Source of the DNA: Rhizophagus irregularis | Taxonomy: Eukaryota | Length of the DNA: 64,000 bases | NCBI RefSeq assembly: GCF_026210795.1 | Contig: NC_089433.1 | Location: 4,588,001 to 4,652,000 of the forward strand | Direction of reading: 5' to 3' | Shown here: in pieces, positions 11,563 through 24,859 of the stretch | Layout of the letters: the number at the start of each line of letters is the position of its first letter | How positions within the stretch are numbered: the stretch's first letter is position 1 | The notes under the pieces: generated by a model | Seen by the model: only the letters and a program-made list of their open reading frames with translations | The model's database searches: none | Told to the model about the DNA's origin: nothing | Translations under genes and position numbers: made by a program

Positions 11563-14500
11563 GTCTATATTGCGATTGATTATTTGTTTTAGTAATAGTA
11601 GGTATTGCAGAGTGAGCAGAAGTGTGATTTTCATTTGTTACTTCATTTCTAATAAAGAAAAAAATCAAACTATTAATTCTTCAAAACTATAAAAGATTTG
11701 TATGTGAAATTCTGAACCTTACCCATTATAAACTCTCATGAATCCGTTATAAATGTGCAGATAACTGTCCCACACTGAAAGATTCGGTTGTTTTCAACCA
11801 ATTCATTCTGTGCCTAACTAAAAGAAACTTCATAAATTTCCTCACTATTCACAAATAGTAAATATCCCGTTGTTTTTGTTTTGGGATCTTGTTGGCAATT
11901 CCAGTATTCATAGTTTAAAATTTGCTTTAATCTACCTTTCCCCACCTCACCTTTAAATGTACAACGATATTTTCACAGTGCTGAATTATACCTAAAAGAA
12001 GGTTCATTTTGAAATAAATGAACAAATACATTCTCAGGAAAGACACTTATTGAGAGTCGTTTGGATCCTACAGAATGTCTATTGAAACCAAGACGTTTTT
12101 TAATTAAGACTATAAACGCATCTTGGTAAGATACAAGCTGCTCAAAAGTAGGCTGGTGGAGTGAATGGAGATGATGTATAGTTTTATTGTTTTTATGCTT
12201 AGTTCTATCATGAGTTAAAAGTTGTTTTCGTGAAGAAAAAGTTTTTTGGCAAAGGTAACATTTAAGGATACAGTAAACGCGTGATTGTGCCGCAGCGTGA
12301 ATTTTATTTAGTTGTGATTGGTAAACACAATGTGATATGTATAATAGTTAAACTGGTAATGATCGACCGTCGATCATTTCGCAGGTGATATAACTGAAGT
12401 GAGCCAAATCGGCCATATGTTTTTATTTATAACTTAAATCAAGGAATTTCTTTTTTCATCTGAATTTTTTGATACTGGTGAATTAAATGAATTAGGACGC
12501 CAATTAAATAATGTCGAGATGCATAATTTAAATTCTTTCTTTTGATCCAAATTTTTTTTGATCTAAATACGCTCCATTAAATTTTAAGAATAATAATATT
12601 TCTAATCCCAAAAATGACAAAATTATTTTGAAATGAAGGAGGATGATCTTTTTCACGGTAACTTATTGGAATTAGAATAACTAGAAGTGTTAAAGATAAT
12701 AATATGTAAAAAGGTTTCCTTTCCAAATTGGTTTAAATGTAAGTGATATGAATAATAATAATGGATATAAATAGTACTGAAAAATAGGTAATTTTGGTGG
12801 AAATTCTTTCCATGTTGATAAAGGTGAATTAAAAATGTTTTATTGAGAACCTAATAACATTTTAGTAATAAATGTTATTTGTCTATTTTCTATTGATGTA
12901 AATATATTGAAAAAAATTAATAATATGATTTTGTTTTCTAAGTTATTTTTAGAAAATGAAAAAAAAAAATGAAAAACTCTTTGAATTTATATACTTTTTT
13001 CTTCTTGTTTTTCAGAACAATGAAAATCATTATTATAACAATGATATTACGATAGACAAGAAAGCTTACTAAAAGGTCTTTACTAATTTTAAATTTCAAT
13101 ACCTTATGAGTCATTGTTGGTCTCTTGGTACGATGTGTAAATAAATTTCTTTGATAGGGCATTATATAAATTCGTTCTTCTTTAGGGAGAATAATTGGAA
13201 GAACTCTAACACAATGTAAAGCGCACAAATGATCCTTCACAAAAGGTTTAATAGCAGATTCTTCCGTGTATCTTATATAAGCATGTTGGAATCATACTCA
13301 TTCGCAAATAACATACGATTCACTTATAGAATTAAAGAATAAAAAAAAATTATATGTGGAGAGAGTTTACAAATTTTCAATAAGAATACGTCATATAATT
13401 AAAGCATGAACTAAGCCAGCTTGAAGCTGGCTTGAACTTTTCAAGCCAAGACAAGCCAAGTCAAGAAATAAATTACTTTTAGAAAAATACATTTTTATAA
13501 ATCAAAAATTTCAAATCAGTGAATTGATCGCTAATGCATGTGACATTAAAAATTATCTGCGCTAAAAGTGATGTGTACTATGTATACGAATTTGTACTAA
13601 ATTTACAAGATTTGATCGTACAGGTGCACTATCACTGAATACATTTGTACAAATTTAACCGTCAGGTCAGGGGCTGATTGAAATCATTAAGCTATTATAA
13701 GCTTGTTTCCAGAATTTTTTTTAAAATTTTTTAATTTAAACAATTACGCAATTCTGGCCCTGAAGTGGTGCGTTCTTTAGTCTAAAAAAGAGTTATAAAT
13801 AGAAAATACAAAGAATTGTAGGAGCATCGAAATCACATTGCATGTAATTGTTTCATACAATAAAATTCTAAGAACAGATTTTTTTATAGTTTTATATCAT
13901 TATAAAAATATTTAAATAAATAGAACAATGAAATTTCCAATAATATGTATGAAACATGCCAAGAAGTTATTCTATAAAATTTTACAACGAATTTATCTCA
14001 CATAAAATACATCATAAGAACATGAAAAAAAATTTTTTTTAATGTGTTTACTTGATTCTAACAGGTTCTAACTTCTAAACGAAATTTTATTAATAGTACT
14101 TTTTAAAAAACATTTAATATTAATATTAATTCTTATTGGTGTTTTATAATTGACCATTATTTAAATAAATTTTTTTACTTTATTTTTTTTAAAAAAAAAA
14201 CAAATCATTATTTATTTATTTTTAAAAAAACAATTTTAAAGATAACAAGATAAAATTGTGGCATAATGTTACATTCTAGTTGCTGTTGAAATAAAAGTTG
14301 TGATGGAAACTACAATCAAAAATATGCAGTAATTTTCTTATAACTTTTCATATTTTCATAAATTTTTAATTTATAATGTTTAGTTGATTGGATTCATAAA
14401 TAAACAACATTCATGCAGCAAATTTATTATTAAAACATGAAAACATCTTAAAACATTAAGCGGAATGAACAAATTTTAATTAACAAAAAATTTAAGATAA

Positions 14501-14859
14501 TGAAATTTTATTTATAAACAACATTTAATCCATTTGAAATACTAAAACTAGAGATCTGGTAATCATTATTCAGATTTAAATCCAAATATCAAAAGAAACC
14601 AGATATAATAAATCAAGGAAACCGGATTTATCATATCTAACTAAAACTAATTTGCATCTGATGGATGTGGTCGGTTGTATTTTTGTAACTCGTCATCATA
14701 TCTTCGTTCGCGTATTAATTTTGCCTTATTTGACAAATGTGTATCGAGAAGAAACAATAAAATATAAAAATTAAATCTAGCGACTTGATTTTATATCTAA
14801 ATACAGTATATGTTTCTTTCAGATTCATGTTTAACTTTTTTAATTAGTTAATCTTCTAA

Positions 14860-15090
14860 TATTTATAACAGAATATTTAAATTGTCAATAAATCAGATTT
14901 CTCTTAGGTTTGTTGGTGCAAATCTTTTTAACAGTTATCAACAAATCAGATTTTTTTCAGATTTGTTGATGCAAATATTTTTAACGGAATACTTAGATCA
15001 ACAACAAATCAGATTTCTTTTCATGGTGCAAATATTTCTAACAGAATATTTAAATCAACCAATTGGATTTCTCTTAAATTTGCTGACACT
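14860..15090. repeat. Degenerate ~55-70 bp tandem repeat, about 4 copies
   Basis: Recurrent taacagaatatttaaat..aacaaatcagattt..t.ttgttggtgcaaata unit. Confidence 0.65.
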
Positions 15091-15679
15091 GGTCTTTTCC
15101 GTATATGCACTTTATTTGTGCTGAATATCTGCCGATTATCTTTCTTCTGCCATCCTCTAATGATCAGGATGAAAAGAGAGGTCATTGCATTTGTTAGATT
15201 TATCTCAAATAGTCTGGTATGTTTTCCACAATGCCAGTATTTGAAATTATGATCAATACTAATTACACAGCTCTGAAAAGTTCCTGGAGTATGTGTAAGG
15301 CCAAAAGGATAGGTCAAAACAATGATAGGCACTCTACTGATGGACAATTTTCATAATAATTAATTACTTTGAGATCACCACCACCATTTGATATTGCTTT
15401 TAATGTAACATAGTCTATTTTATTCAATTGTTGTTCCATAAAAAAAACAAAAATCGGCCGCCACTAAAGTTCTTAAGTTAAAAGTAACTCTTAAAATATT
15501 GTATGTTCAAATGATAAATATATAAAGAATACATTTCTAGATGAATAAGTGATTGTTTCGTCTTCAAAATCATCTGTCCATTTAAAATATCTTAAATTTT
15601 ATTGAACAAATATGCCAATCCATAGTTAAATCGTGTGCATTTATTAATAATTATAATACAATTATAATTATAATATAAG

Positions 15680-15990
15680 GCTATTTGATAATCCATAAAA
15701 GTATTGTTGAATTGCATATCAATTCATAAAGAAATCCAAGATAAACTTTGGGTTTAATAAATATTTTACTTTGACACATTTTTTTTAACAAAGTGTTATA
15801 AAATTCTTCTTGTAAAAAGAATTGATTAATTACTATTATATCCCCAAGGGTTCTTCCATAAAATTGGGATTGCAATAGCTTATGGTTGAAGATAACAAAT
15901 AATACAAGAATGACTATTAGATAATGCAGTTGAATCTCGAAAGTGTTCAATAAGATGTATATAATGTACAAGATGGTCTTATAATGCTTT
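15680..15990 (-). pseudogene. F-box-like gene remnant
   Basis: Minus strand reads ...IEHFRDSTALSNSHSCIICYLQP*AIAIPILWKNPW, resembling the SC.lV...aIPILW.nPW F-box ending common in these fungi. In-frame stops are present. Confidence 0.45.
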
Positions 15991-18900
15991 ATTAACCATT
16001 GGACATGAAAATAAAGCATTGGAATTCTTTGAATATAAAATAATTTTATTTATGTTCAGTGTTAAAAAGTCAAAAAATGAAACCAGTAAAAAATATTTTT
16101 TAATAAAGGGAAAAAATTTTTTAAGGGGAAAGGGGCTCAGTGGTAAATTTATAGGAAAATAAGAAAATGTCAGGATCATCAATTTACATTGTTGTACAGG
16201 TTCTTTCTAATACATTGAGATGTACCAAATATGCATCTCTAGTAATGATTTGCTGAGTTGCTATAATTGTTAAATGTAAATTTTTTTTTTTTCCTAAAAT
16301 AAAATACTATGATATTATTTAGGTTTTTGTTTTGTAAAATTAATAAGTATATAAATATTTCATTATTTCAACAATTAAGTATTTTATTAGATGTTACAGA
16401 TGAACAATAAATTGTAATTTGTGTAGCTTATCGTGCATTATTGACGTCTCACAATAAGCATTTAATTTCTAGCGTGATCAGTTATTTATAAATATGGTAA
16501 ATAATTTATTTATAAACAGAATGAATACAAATAAGACACGGAATTTTTATAAACAATAATAATTTATATAAGATACATAATTATTTGGAATAATTTTTCT
16601 CTAAAATTTGATTATGTATAGATTTTTCTAATATAAATTGTATTGTGTTAATATTTAATATAATCAAATATTCAAAATATTCAAAAGCAACATTTATTTA
16701 TACTGTATGATTTAATAATGAAATAAATTTTGTAAAGACTGTAATGAATTTAAAAAAAATTTCTAATTTACAAAATAAAAATTATCTTAAACTTTATAGA
16801 AATTTTTATGACTATCACAAAATTTTTGTTATACTGTATATATATATAAAAAATATATTTATATGGATGGTTCCAAAAAATGTTATTATCTATATTTTCT
16901 ACTAAAACCTGTTATTTTATTATTATTATTATACTTTTTTGTTATATAGTTGATATTGTCATAAATTTTTTCCAAAAAAAATTACTTTCAATTTTGGCAT
17001 TTTCTGGACAAAATTTAAGTTTGTTTTGACTTTTCCATGGGACAAATGGGACAAATCTTGTTTGACTGATGTCGCTTTAACACTTTCCAGAATCAAATCC
17101 GATTTCTACTTTGACCTTTCCAGAACCAAATTTTGTTTTGCTAGCCTTTCCGGGACTAAATCTTGTTTGACTGCCGTCTCTCAGACCAAATTTTGGCTGG
17201 AATCTGCTTTTTGGACTATAAATAAATGTTGAATTTTCAACTCATTATTTAAGATATTTGCTTAAAAATATGAATTTAATTTAAAAATATCCATACCAAT
17301 TTTTTTTTCATTGATTATTAATGAATTATACGTATAACAAGTGTATATAAAGTATATTGTATATCTTTTTAGAAAAAAATTTTAAAAAGTGAGAAGAAAA
17401 TTGATAGTTAGAAAAAAAAAAATTTTTTGAGCTTATTTATATTTACATTCTACATATAAAGTCAAATACTTTTTGAATTTCTTTGTTTTGCTAATTAAAT
17501 CTACAATAATATTATCTAAATGTATAACAAAAGGACAAAGGATATAAGAAATTCCTTGTTGAATATTTTGTAATAATAATAAATGTTATTAATAGATATG
17601 TCATGATTGTTGTATGTTAAACTTATTAATAATCAGAATTGAATCTTTATATTATTATCCTTTAACAATAATGAAATTGAGAATTTTTTAATGCAACTTA
17701 ATTTATTAACATATTCAAGATACAAGAATTGTCTGCGTAATTTATACTTTTTATTACAAGATTAAGGTAGTCAACAATACGGCTAATATATTGTGGATAT
17801 GACCGATATTTTTAATCTATTTTAACAATCATCCCTGATCGTCTAAATTATTTCAGGGGATTTACAGATGAAATTATGTAGTGTTTTAATATACGCGTAA
17901 AACATTAATATATTAAATGTATCATATTGATTTTTTAAAGAGTAATAGCAAAATTTTATTATTACTAAATTTTAAAGCTCGAAGTTTTGCTTAAAGTCCC
18001 AAATCTTACAATTTTACTACGCGTTAAAAACTTTTAATAAATGGTAAAATAGTTACTTATTATATTAAATATGAGATCCTTTTCTTATATCATAAGCCCA
18101 TTAAAACTTCAAATCGGGCAACTATATATTATAAGTTTGAATGTGAGCCGCGTTTGATGTTGAATTTTATTATTTCTAGACAGTTTTTTTCTTTGGACGA
18201 AAACTAGTAGTATTCATAGTCGAAGCAGTTCATTTCTGTAAGGTTGTTATTTCCACCATCATATAAAAAAATTTTTAATTTTCTCTAATTAACTATCGGA
18301 CTATAATGATCATATTGTTGAAACTGATTAAAGGATATTTAGGATATCTATAATTAAAAATTGTAATCATCCAATTTGATGATAAAATTCCTTAAAAAAC
18401 GTCAACGATTCTCTCATTTTACGATATATACTTACAGCATTAGTTATGATTTATAATCAATATAATTATACATTTTAGTTTATATAATTAAAATTTTACT
18501 ATAACTAATAACTTGTGTTAGAGTATGGGAAAATTGTCTTTTTATTGGTGTTAATTATAAACAAATAAATACAACAATAAAATAAAATAATTTTTTTTGA
18601 AGAAATAAAAAATTTTTTGGTTTAAGGCTTCAAAAGTCTTTTTTTTCAGTTTAAAAAAAAAAACCGAAAAAAAAATTAAACTTTCAGTCTATAACGATAA
18701 AGAAAAATTTCAGTCTAAGAACCGAAAAAAGATATTCTTAAATAAATTTCTTGGTTTATACTTTATATGGAGTCGAAAAAAAAAATGATAAAAATATTAA
18801 AAAAAAAAATAGTAAAAAAAAAGCCTTAACCGGATGGATAGCTTTGGCGAATGGCCAAAAAATCAAAAATGAAATATGATTGATAAGACAAATTAAACTT

Positions 18901-19828
18901 TTTTTCATTAAGACTTACACACAGCCAAGTGAGCCAATCAAATTATTCTAACTATAATAAATACGGAATAGATCAGGCGCAAACATATCATGCGTTTCCA
19001 TGTTACAAAATTCAAATTACAACAAAATTACAACGAGACAGAATTTTTATATTTAATTGGAGTCGTGACAAACGTGACGATCGACAGTCAACTCATAAGC
19101 TCAATAAATTTATAAATTTTATAGTTGTGACGTTAGCCTCTTCTGGAATTTAAAAAAAGTAATATGCCAAGAGGAGTAAAAACATCTTTAGTAGCGCAAC
19201 TTTTAATATTAAATGCAAAATCGTTTATTATACTAGTGGCTAAAATAACGATTATAAAAATAATATCAGAAAATTTTAATTTTTAAGAAATCAAAACAAT
19301 GGAAAAATTATCACAATTAATTTATTAAATAAGCGTGGTATATATTCAAATGAAACTAGGCCAGGCAGCAATACTGAAAAAGATAACAATCGAGGTTGCA
19401 TAGAATTGGCCAAAATGATTTATAGATCTTTTTTTTTTTTTAATGCCAGCCAGAGTTTTGTGCCACCTTAAAATCATTCACTGACATTATGCATCTCCGG
19501 CCAGAATTAGGATACGTAGTAAATGTGTGCCGATCACTTGTTACCCTCTTTATGTATTGCTCGGGGTCCTAACACAACATTAGATTGGCAACATGCCCAG
19601 TTTTAGAATTCACTTTTGGATATGTGTAGCCGCACCTGCATCAATTGCAACACGTATGCATCAATGAGCTGCAGGCTACTGTGCATGCATCTAATTCATT
19701 ATTTACAATGAAATAAAATATTCCCAGAATTCAAAAAAAAAAAAAAAAAATTCCCAGAATTAATAACGGTAAAAAAAATTTTTTTCAACAAATAAATAAA
19801 ATTTTACCATTATTACTTAAATGACAAA

Positions 19829-22800
19829 ATGACATTGGTAAAAGAATGGATTGAAGAAAAGATAAAGAATGAGTATATTCGTTATTTTGAACACGATAAA
19901 TTTAGTTATATCGAAGAAATTGATGAAGGATCTTTTGGTGAAGTGATAAAAGCAAAATTGGCTAATATAGGATTTGTCGCACTAAAAATTATTGTTAAAA
20001 AAAATTCAAAAGAGAAACTTAGAGATGTAAACAATGAGTTTGTCAAGGAGGTAGGAATCGTAATTTTATGTTGTTGGTAGAGTATTAATAGCTTGGTATA
20101 TAAATATAAATTAAGTTTATTTTTATTTTTAGTTAAAACTCCTTCGTGAGATTGATCATCATCCAAACATCAATCGTATTCTGGGAATAACAAAAGGTTT
20201 AGTTTTTTTTTTTGGAATAATTCATTTATAAAGTTCAATATAACTTATTTATGTTCATAATTATTAGATTCTAAGTCTTATATTTTGGTTCTGGAATATG
20301 CCAATGAAGGAAATTTAAGAGATTATTTAGAAAATAATTTTGCTTCCTTGGAATGGAATTATAAAATTCAAATGGCGTTAGATATTACTAGTGGATTGAA
20401 TTTTTTACACTCCAAAGAAATAATCCATAGAGACTTGGTAAGGCGTATTAATTTTGTTTTATGATTTTGTGATTTTGTCTCTGATGATAAATTTAATAAA
20501 TAATGTCATTTATTTTTTAGCACTCAAAAAATATATTAGTGAATAATGGAAGATTATTGATTGCAGACTTTGGATTATCTAAAAAGTTGGCAGAAGTCTC
20601 AACTAATTCAATTGGTAATAAAAAGGGGATTACTCAATATATTGATCCACAATGTTTTAAGAATATAAAGTATAAGAAAGATAAGAAGTCCGATATCTAT
20701 AGTTTAGGTGTTTTATTATGGGAAATTTCAAGTGGGCGTATTCCTTTTTTTGGCTGTACACTACTTGAATATCACATTAAAAATGGAGGTAGAGAAGATC
20801 CCATTGAAGGCACACCTCCAAAGTATGAAAAACTTTATCAAGAATGTTGGGATGACAAACCAGAATTAAGACCTGATATTGAAAAAGTACATGAAATTTT
20901 AGGTCAATTAAATACTGAGAATTCTTCTGATCTACAATCTTCACTTAACAAAAGTAATTCGGAAGGTGATGACTTATATATATCTGATTATCCAAGAGGT
21001 AAGTTTATATACTAATTAATTAATTACATGGTCTCAATACTAAATATTACCGAACTTAATTATTTTAATCAACTAGAAAAAGTTAAAAATCTTCTGATAA
21101 TTGGCGGTACTTTGAGCGGTAAATCATTGTTATCCAACATATTGTGTGATATTGAAAACGGATGTACAAGTAACGAGACCAAAGATTTATCGAAAAAAGA
21201 TTTCGAATGGAATGGAACGAAATATCACGTGATTGAAATTGTAATTTGGTCTATTGAAAAAGTTATTTATAATAAAATAACAGATTTGATGCCAGAAGGG
21301 ATAAGCCAATTCTTATTTTTGGTTGATGAAAGCTTTACAACAAGAGAAGAAATAATGTTTGAGTTATTTAAAAAAATTATTTTCGAAACCGGTATTCTTC
21401 AATATGTTACTATTATTCAAAACAAGCGTGAAAGGGATCAAAAATATGTGTTTGAAAATAAAATAATTGCTGAAATAGTTAAGTCATGCAATGGTGTAGA
21501 TAATTTCTCAATAGATATTGATAAAGAAGAAAACAACAATGATTATGAAGGACAAAATATTATTGATAGAAATGTAAAGAAAGAGATAAGAAATAAATTA
21601 CTAAATTACTTGGAAGAAAATTTTCAGGAAAAATATTACAAATTAGAAAAATGGGATGATATATATAGTAAGATTGCTAATTACGCTAAATCAGATATGA
21701 GTTTTGTTGAAGTGGAAAAAGCTGATATCACAAGTAAGTTAATTTAATTAACTAAATTGATTAACATTAGAACTAATAATTCCTATGCTATTAATCAGAT
21801 ATGACTTCAGATATTTTCAAGAATTTATTTAACTATATTGACAGTGAATCAAAAAAAAGAGATCAACAATGGTTTAATGAAAAATATTCAGAAGCGGAAG
21901 TTATGGATATTACTGATAACAGACGCTTAAATCTTACTGATTCTTTAAAAATAGAAGGTTTTGAAAATTTAAAAAGAATTAGAATAAAGAAATTTAAATT
22001 AATTAGTTTGGAAATAAGAAATTGTTCTCAACTTAATGAGATTAACTTAGTAGAGCTTCCTATACTTACGAGTTTATCTGTAACTGGCTGTTCAAACCTA
22101 ACCATGATAACTGAGTTAACCAGTTTGAAAATTAGTGATTGCTCTCAACTTAATAAGGTTTACTTTTCAAATCTTCCTAAAATTAAGAGTTTATCTGTAA
22201 TTAACTGTTCAAAATTAACCAATTTTAATTGTTCATCAACTGAATTAGCTAGTTTGAAAATAAGTAATTGTCCTCAGGTTGATTTATCAAAACTTCCTAA
22301 AATTATTAGTTTAAATCTAATTTATTGTTCAAATCTAACCACACTTGATTTTTCATCAAATGAATTAACCAGTTTGAAAATAATTAATTGTTCTCAACTT
22401 AATAAGATTGACTTGTCAAGAATTTCTAGAATTATGAATTTATCTATTATTAGCTTTTCAACCCTAATTACATTTGATAATTTATCAACTGGCTTAACCA
22501 GTCTGAAAATAAGTGATCATAGCTTGTCAAAGTTCACCAAACTTGAAAGTTTATCTATAACTGAATGTACGCTTGCAACTAAGTTAACAAATTTGAAAAT
22601 AATTGGTTATTCTCAACTTAATAAGGCTGACTCATCAAATCTTTCTAAAACTATGAGTTTATCTGTAATTTACTGTTCAAATATAACCATGCTTGATTGT
22701 TCATTAACTGAGTTAACTAGTTTGGAAATAAGTGATTTTTCTAATAATATTGACTTATCAAAACTCACCAAACTTAACAGTTTATCTTTAACTAAAATTT

Positions 22801-24026
22801 TAAATCTACTCACGTTTGATTTTTCATCAATTACATTAACCAGTTTGAAAATAAGTAATTGTTCTCAACTTAACAAGGTTAACTTGTCAAAATTTCCTAA
22901 ACTTACAAGTTTATCTGTAACTAATTGTCAAAAATTAACGAACCTTGATTGTTCATCAACTGAGTTAATTAGATTAAAAATAAGTTGTTGTTCACAAATT
23001 TATAATATTGACTTGTCAAAGCTTTCCAAGCTTGAGGGTTTATCTGTAACTGAATGTTCAAATCTAACTACTCTTAATATTTCATCAATTGGATTAACTA
23101 GTTTGAAAATAAGTGATTGCTCCCAACTTGAAGGGATAGATTTGTCAGAATTTCCTAATCTTATGAATTTATCTGTAACTAATTGTCAAAATTTGCCCAA
23201 TCTTGATTGTTCATCAATTAAGGCATTAGGTCAAAAACATGAATTTCCTAATTATTTTTTCACCAATAGTCCAGGAAGAAAAAATTTATTAATAATTGGC
23301 ACCATTCATTCTGGTAAATCTGCATTAGCTAACGTAATATGTAAAACTAAGTTTTTTGAAGAAAATGGATGTAATTCAAAAGATTTTCAAGAATATGATT
23401 TTGTTTGGAATAATACAAATTATCATGTGGTTGATATTAGAGTTAATTTAATTGAAAATGAAATTTTATATAAGATAGGACAAGTAATATATTCAATGCC
23501 GGAAGGGATAAGCCAAATTTTATTTGTAGTTGACCATAGATTAACGGCAGAAGAAATAAAAAAACTTAGTGAAATTGAAGAAGAAATTTTAAAAATCGAA
23601 ATTTGCAAAATTACTACTATTGTCAGAACTAAATTTGAAGACTTTAAAAGTAAAGATGAGTGCAAAAAAGATGAAGAAAATCTCTATAGTTTAAACAAAA
23701 AAATATTTATCAAAAATATATTTACTAATAAACCTCCAATCATTCATGTAGACAATCCATCAGCACATATTTATGTTTATGATAGTGATGATGATGCTAC
23801 AGTAAATTACATTGGTAGAGGAAGAAGAGAAAAGTCAAGAACTATACTCCTAGAACATTTGAATAAAGTATGTTCAGAAAAATACAAATTAAATATGTGG
23901 GATAAGTTGTATGAGTCTAATATGTCAATAGATAATTTAGATAAACAGAAATTAATAAAATCATATTTAAAATTATATGATCCTGACGTTGTTAAAATTA
24001 TCAAAAAACTAGTAAATGGGGAATAA
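19829..24026 (+). CDS. Multidomain protein: TKL kinase - AIG1/GIMAP-like GTPase - LRR array - AIG1/GIMAP-like GTPase (1272 aa predicted)
   Basis: Exons 19829-20050, 20133-20196, 20268-20437, 20521-20998, 21077-21733 and 21799-24026 join by GT-AG introns into 3819 nt in one frame. Kinase motifs EGSFGEV, VALK, HRDLHSKN, ADFG. P-loops GGTLSGKS and GTIHSGKS, each followed by MPEGISQ.LF.VD. LxxLxIxxCxxL repeats lie between them. Confidence 0.88.
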
Positions 24027-24859
24027 ACGTGTTAAGAGGATTTTACCAATGGTATGTTTGTTAAGTATGTGTTGATTATTTTTTATACAATATTGGGATT
24101 ATTTATTTTATATAATATTGGGATTATTTTTTATACAATATTGGGTGGTTATTTTTTTGTTAACATACGGATTGTTTATATGACAAATATTAATAACCAA
24201 TAAAATTTTAAGATTTCATATGAAGTTTTTTTGACTTATATAAGGGATAAAGTCTTTAAATAAATTTATCCTTTTAAGTTATTACAAAAATTTATATTTA
24301 CAGAAAATGATGTGATATCAATAACTATGGCACAAAAAGTATATACATAAATTATTATTCGAATATACATTTTTGTATATTCAAATTACATGTAATGGTA
24401 ACTTTTATATATTCACATATGACGTGTATAAAGTAGTTATTTCTGAATATACAATAGTTACTATTTGAATATTTCTATTCAAATATACAAAATCAACATA
24501 ATAATCATTTTTATAAATCTACCAATTTTTATGGACAATCCAAAAACCATTTGTGATTTTATAAATTTGGATGACAATTTTTATGATGGTTTTTGTATAT
24601 TCAAATGACATCTTTTGTATGTTTAACTAACAATACTTGTACATTCTATGACTGCTTTTGTATATTTAAATGTTTGTTATGTATAAATGTACAAAGTTAT
24701 CATTTGAATATATAAAAATTGTTATTATGATACTGTATATCTATTGTAGCATCAGATTAACAGTATAGGATATTAATTTTACAATTAGTTAGAACATTTA
24801 TTTTTATATTTATTTAGTTATTATATAGTTATATTATATTATTATAATTAGTTATATTT

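Larger units (their letters stand above)
7077..12330 (-). pseudogene. C2H2 zinc-finger gene of the TIR element; last exon split by the hAT insertion
   Basis: Minus strand near 12260-12200 reads CYLCQKTFSSRKQLLTHDRTKH (C-x2-C-x12-H-x4-H) and coding-like sequence continues to a donor near 11722. Removing the hAT and one TSD copy restores ...TNNQSQYRLILPRFPSRIKSKDINK*, with the stop at 7077-7079. Confidence 0.7.
4168..12419. mobile_element. TIR-bounded two-gene DNA transposon (RAG1/Transib/Chapaev-like transposase plus convergent C2H2 gene), decayed, containing a nested hAT
   Basis: Perfect 15-bp TIR CATATGGCCGATTTG (4168-4182) / CAAATCGGCCATATG (12405-12419) encloses both genes. No TSD is discernible. 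Confidence 0.75.

Noticed and set aside
11571..12330. RAG2-like identity for the partner gene
   Set aside because: No kelch repeats or PHD finger are visible, only a single C2H2 finger and an unrecognised domain.
12500..13330. Possible HMG-box or other gene remnant on the minus strand
   Set aside because: Coding-like, but no diagnostic motif is recoverable.
19829..24026. Calling the gene a true Roco/LRRK or an NLR
   Set aside because: No COR domain and no NACHT or NB-ARC motifs are visible, and the domain order differs.
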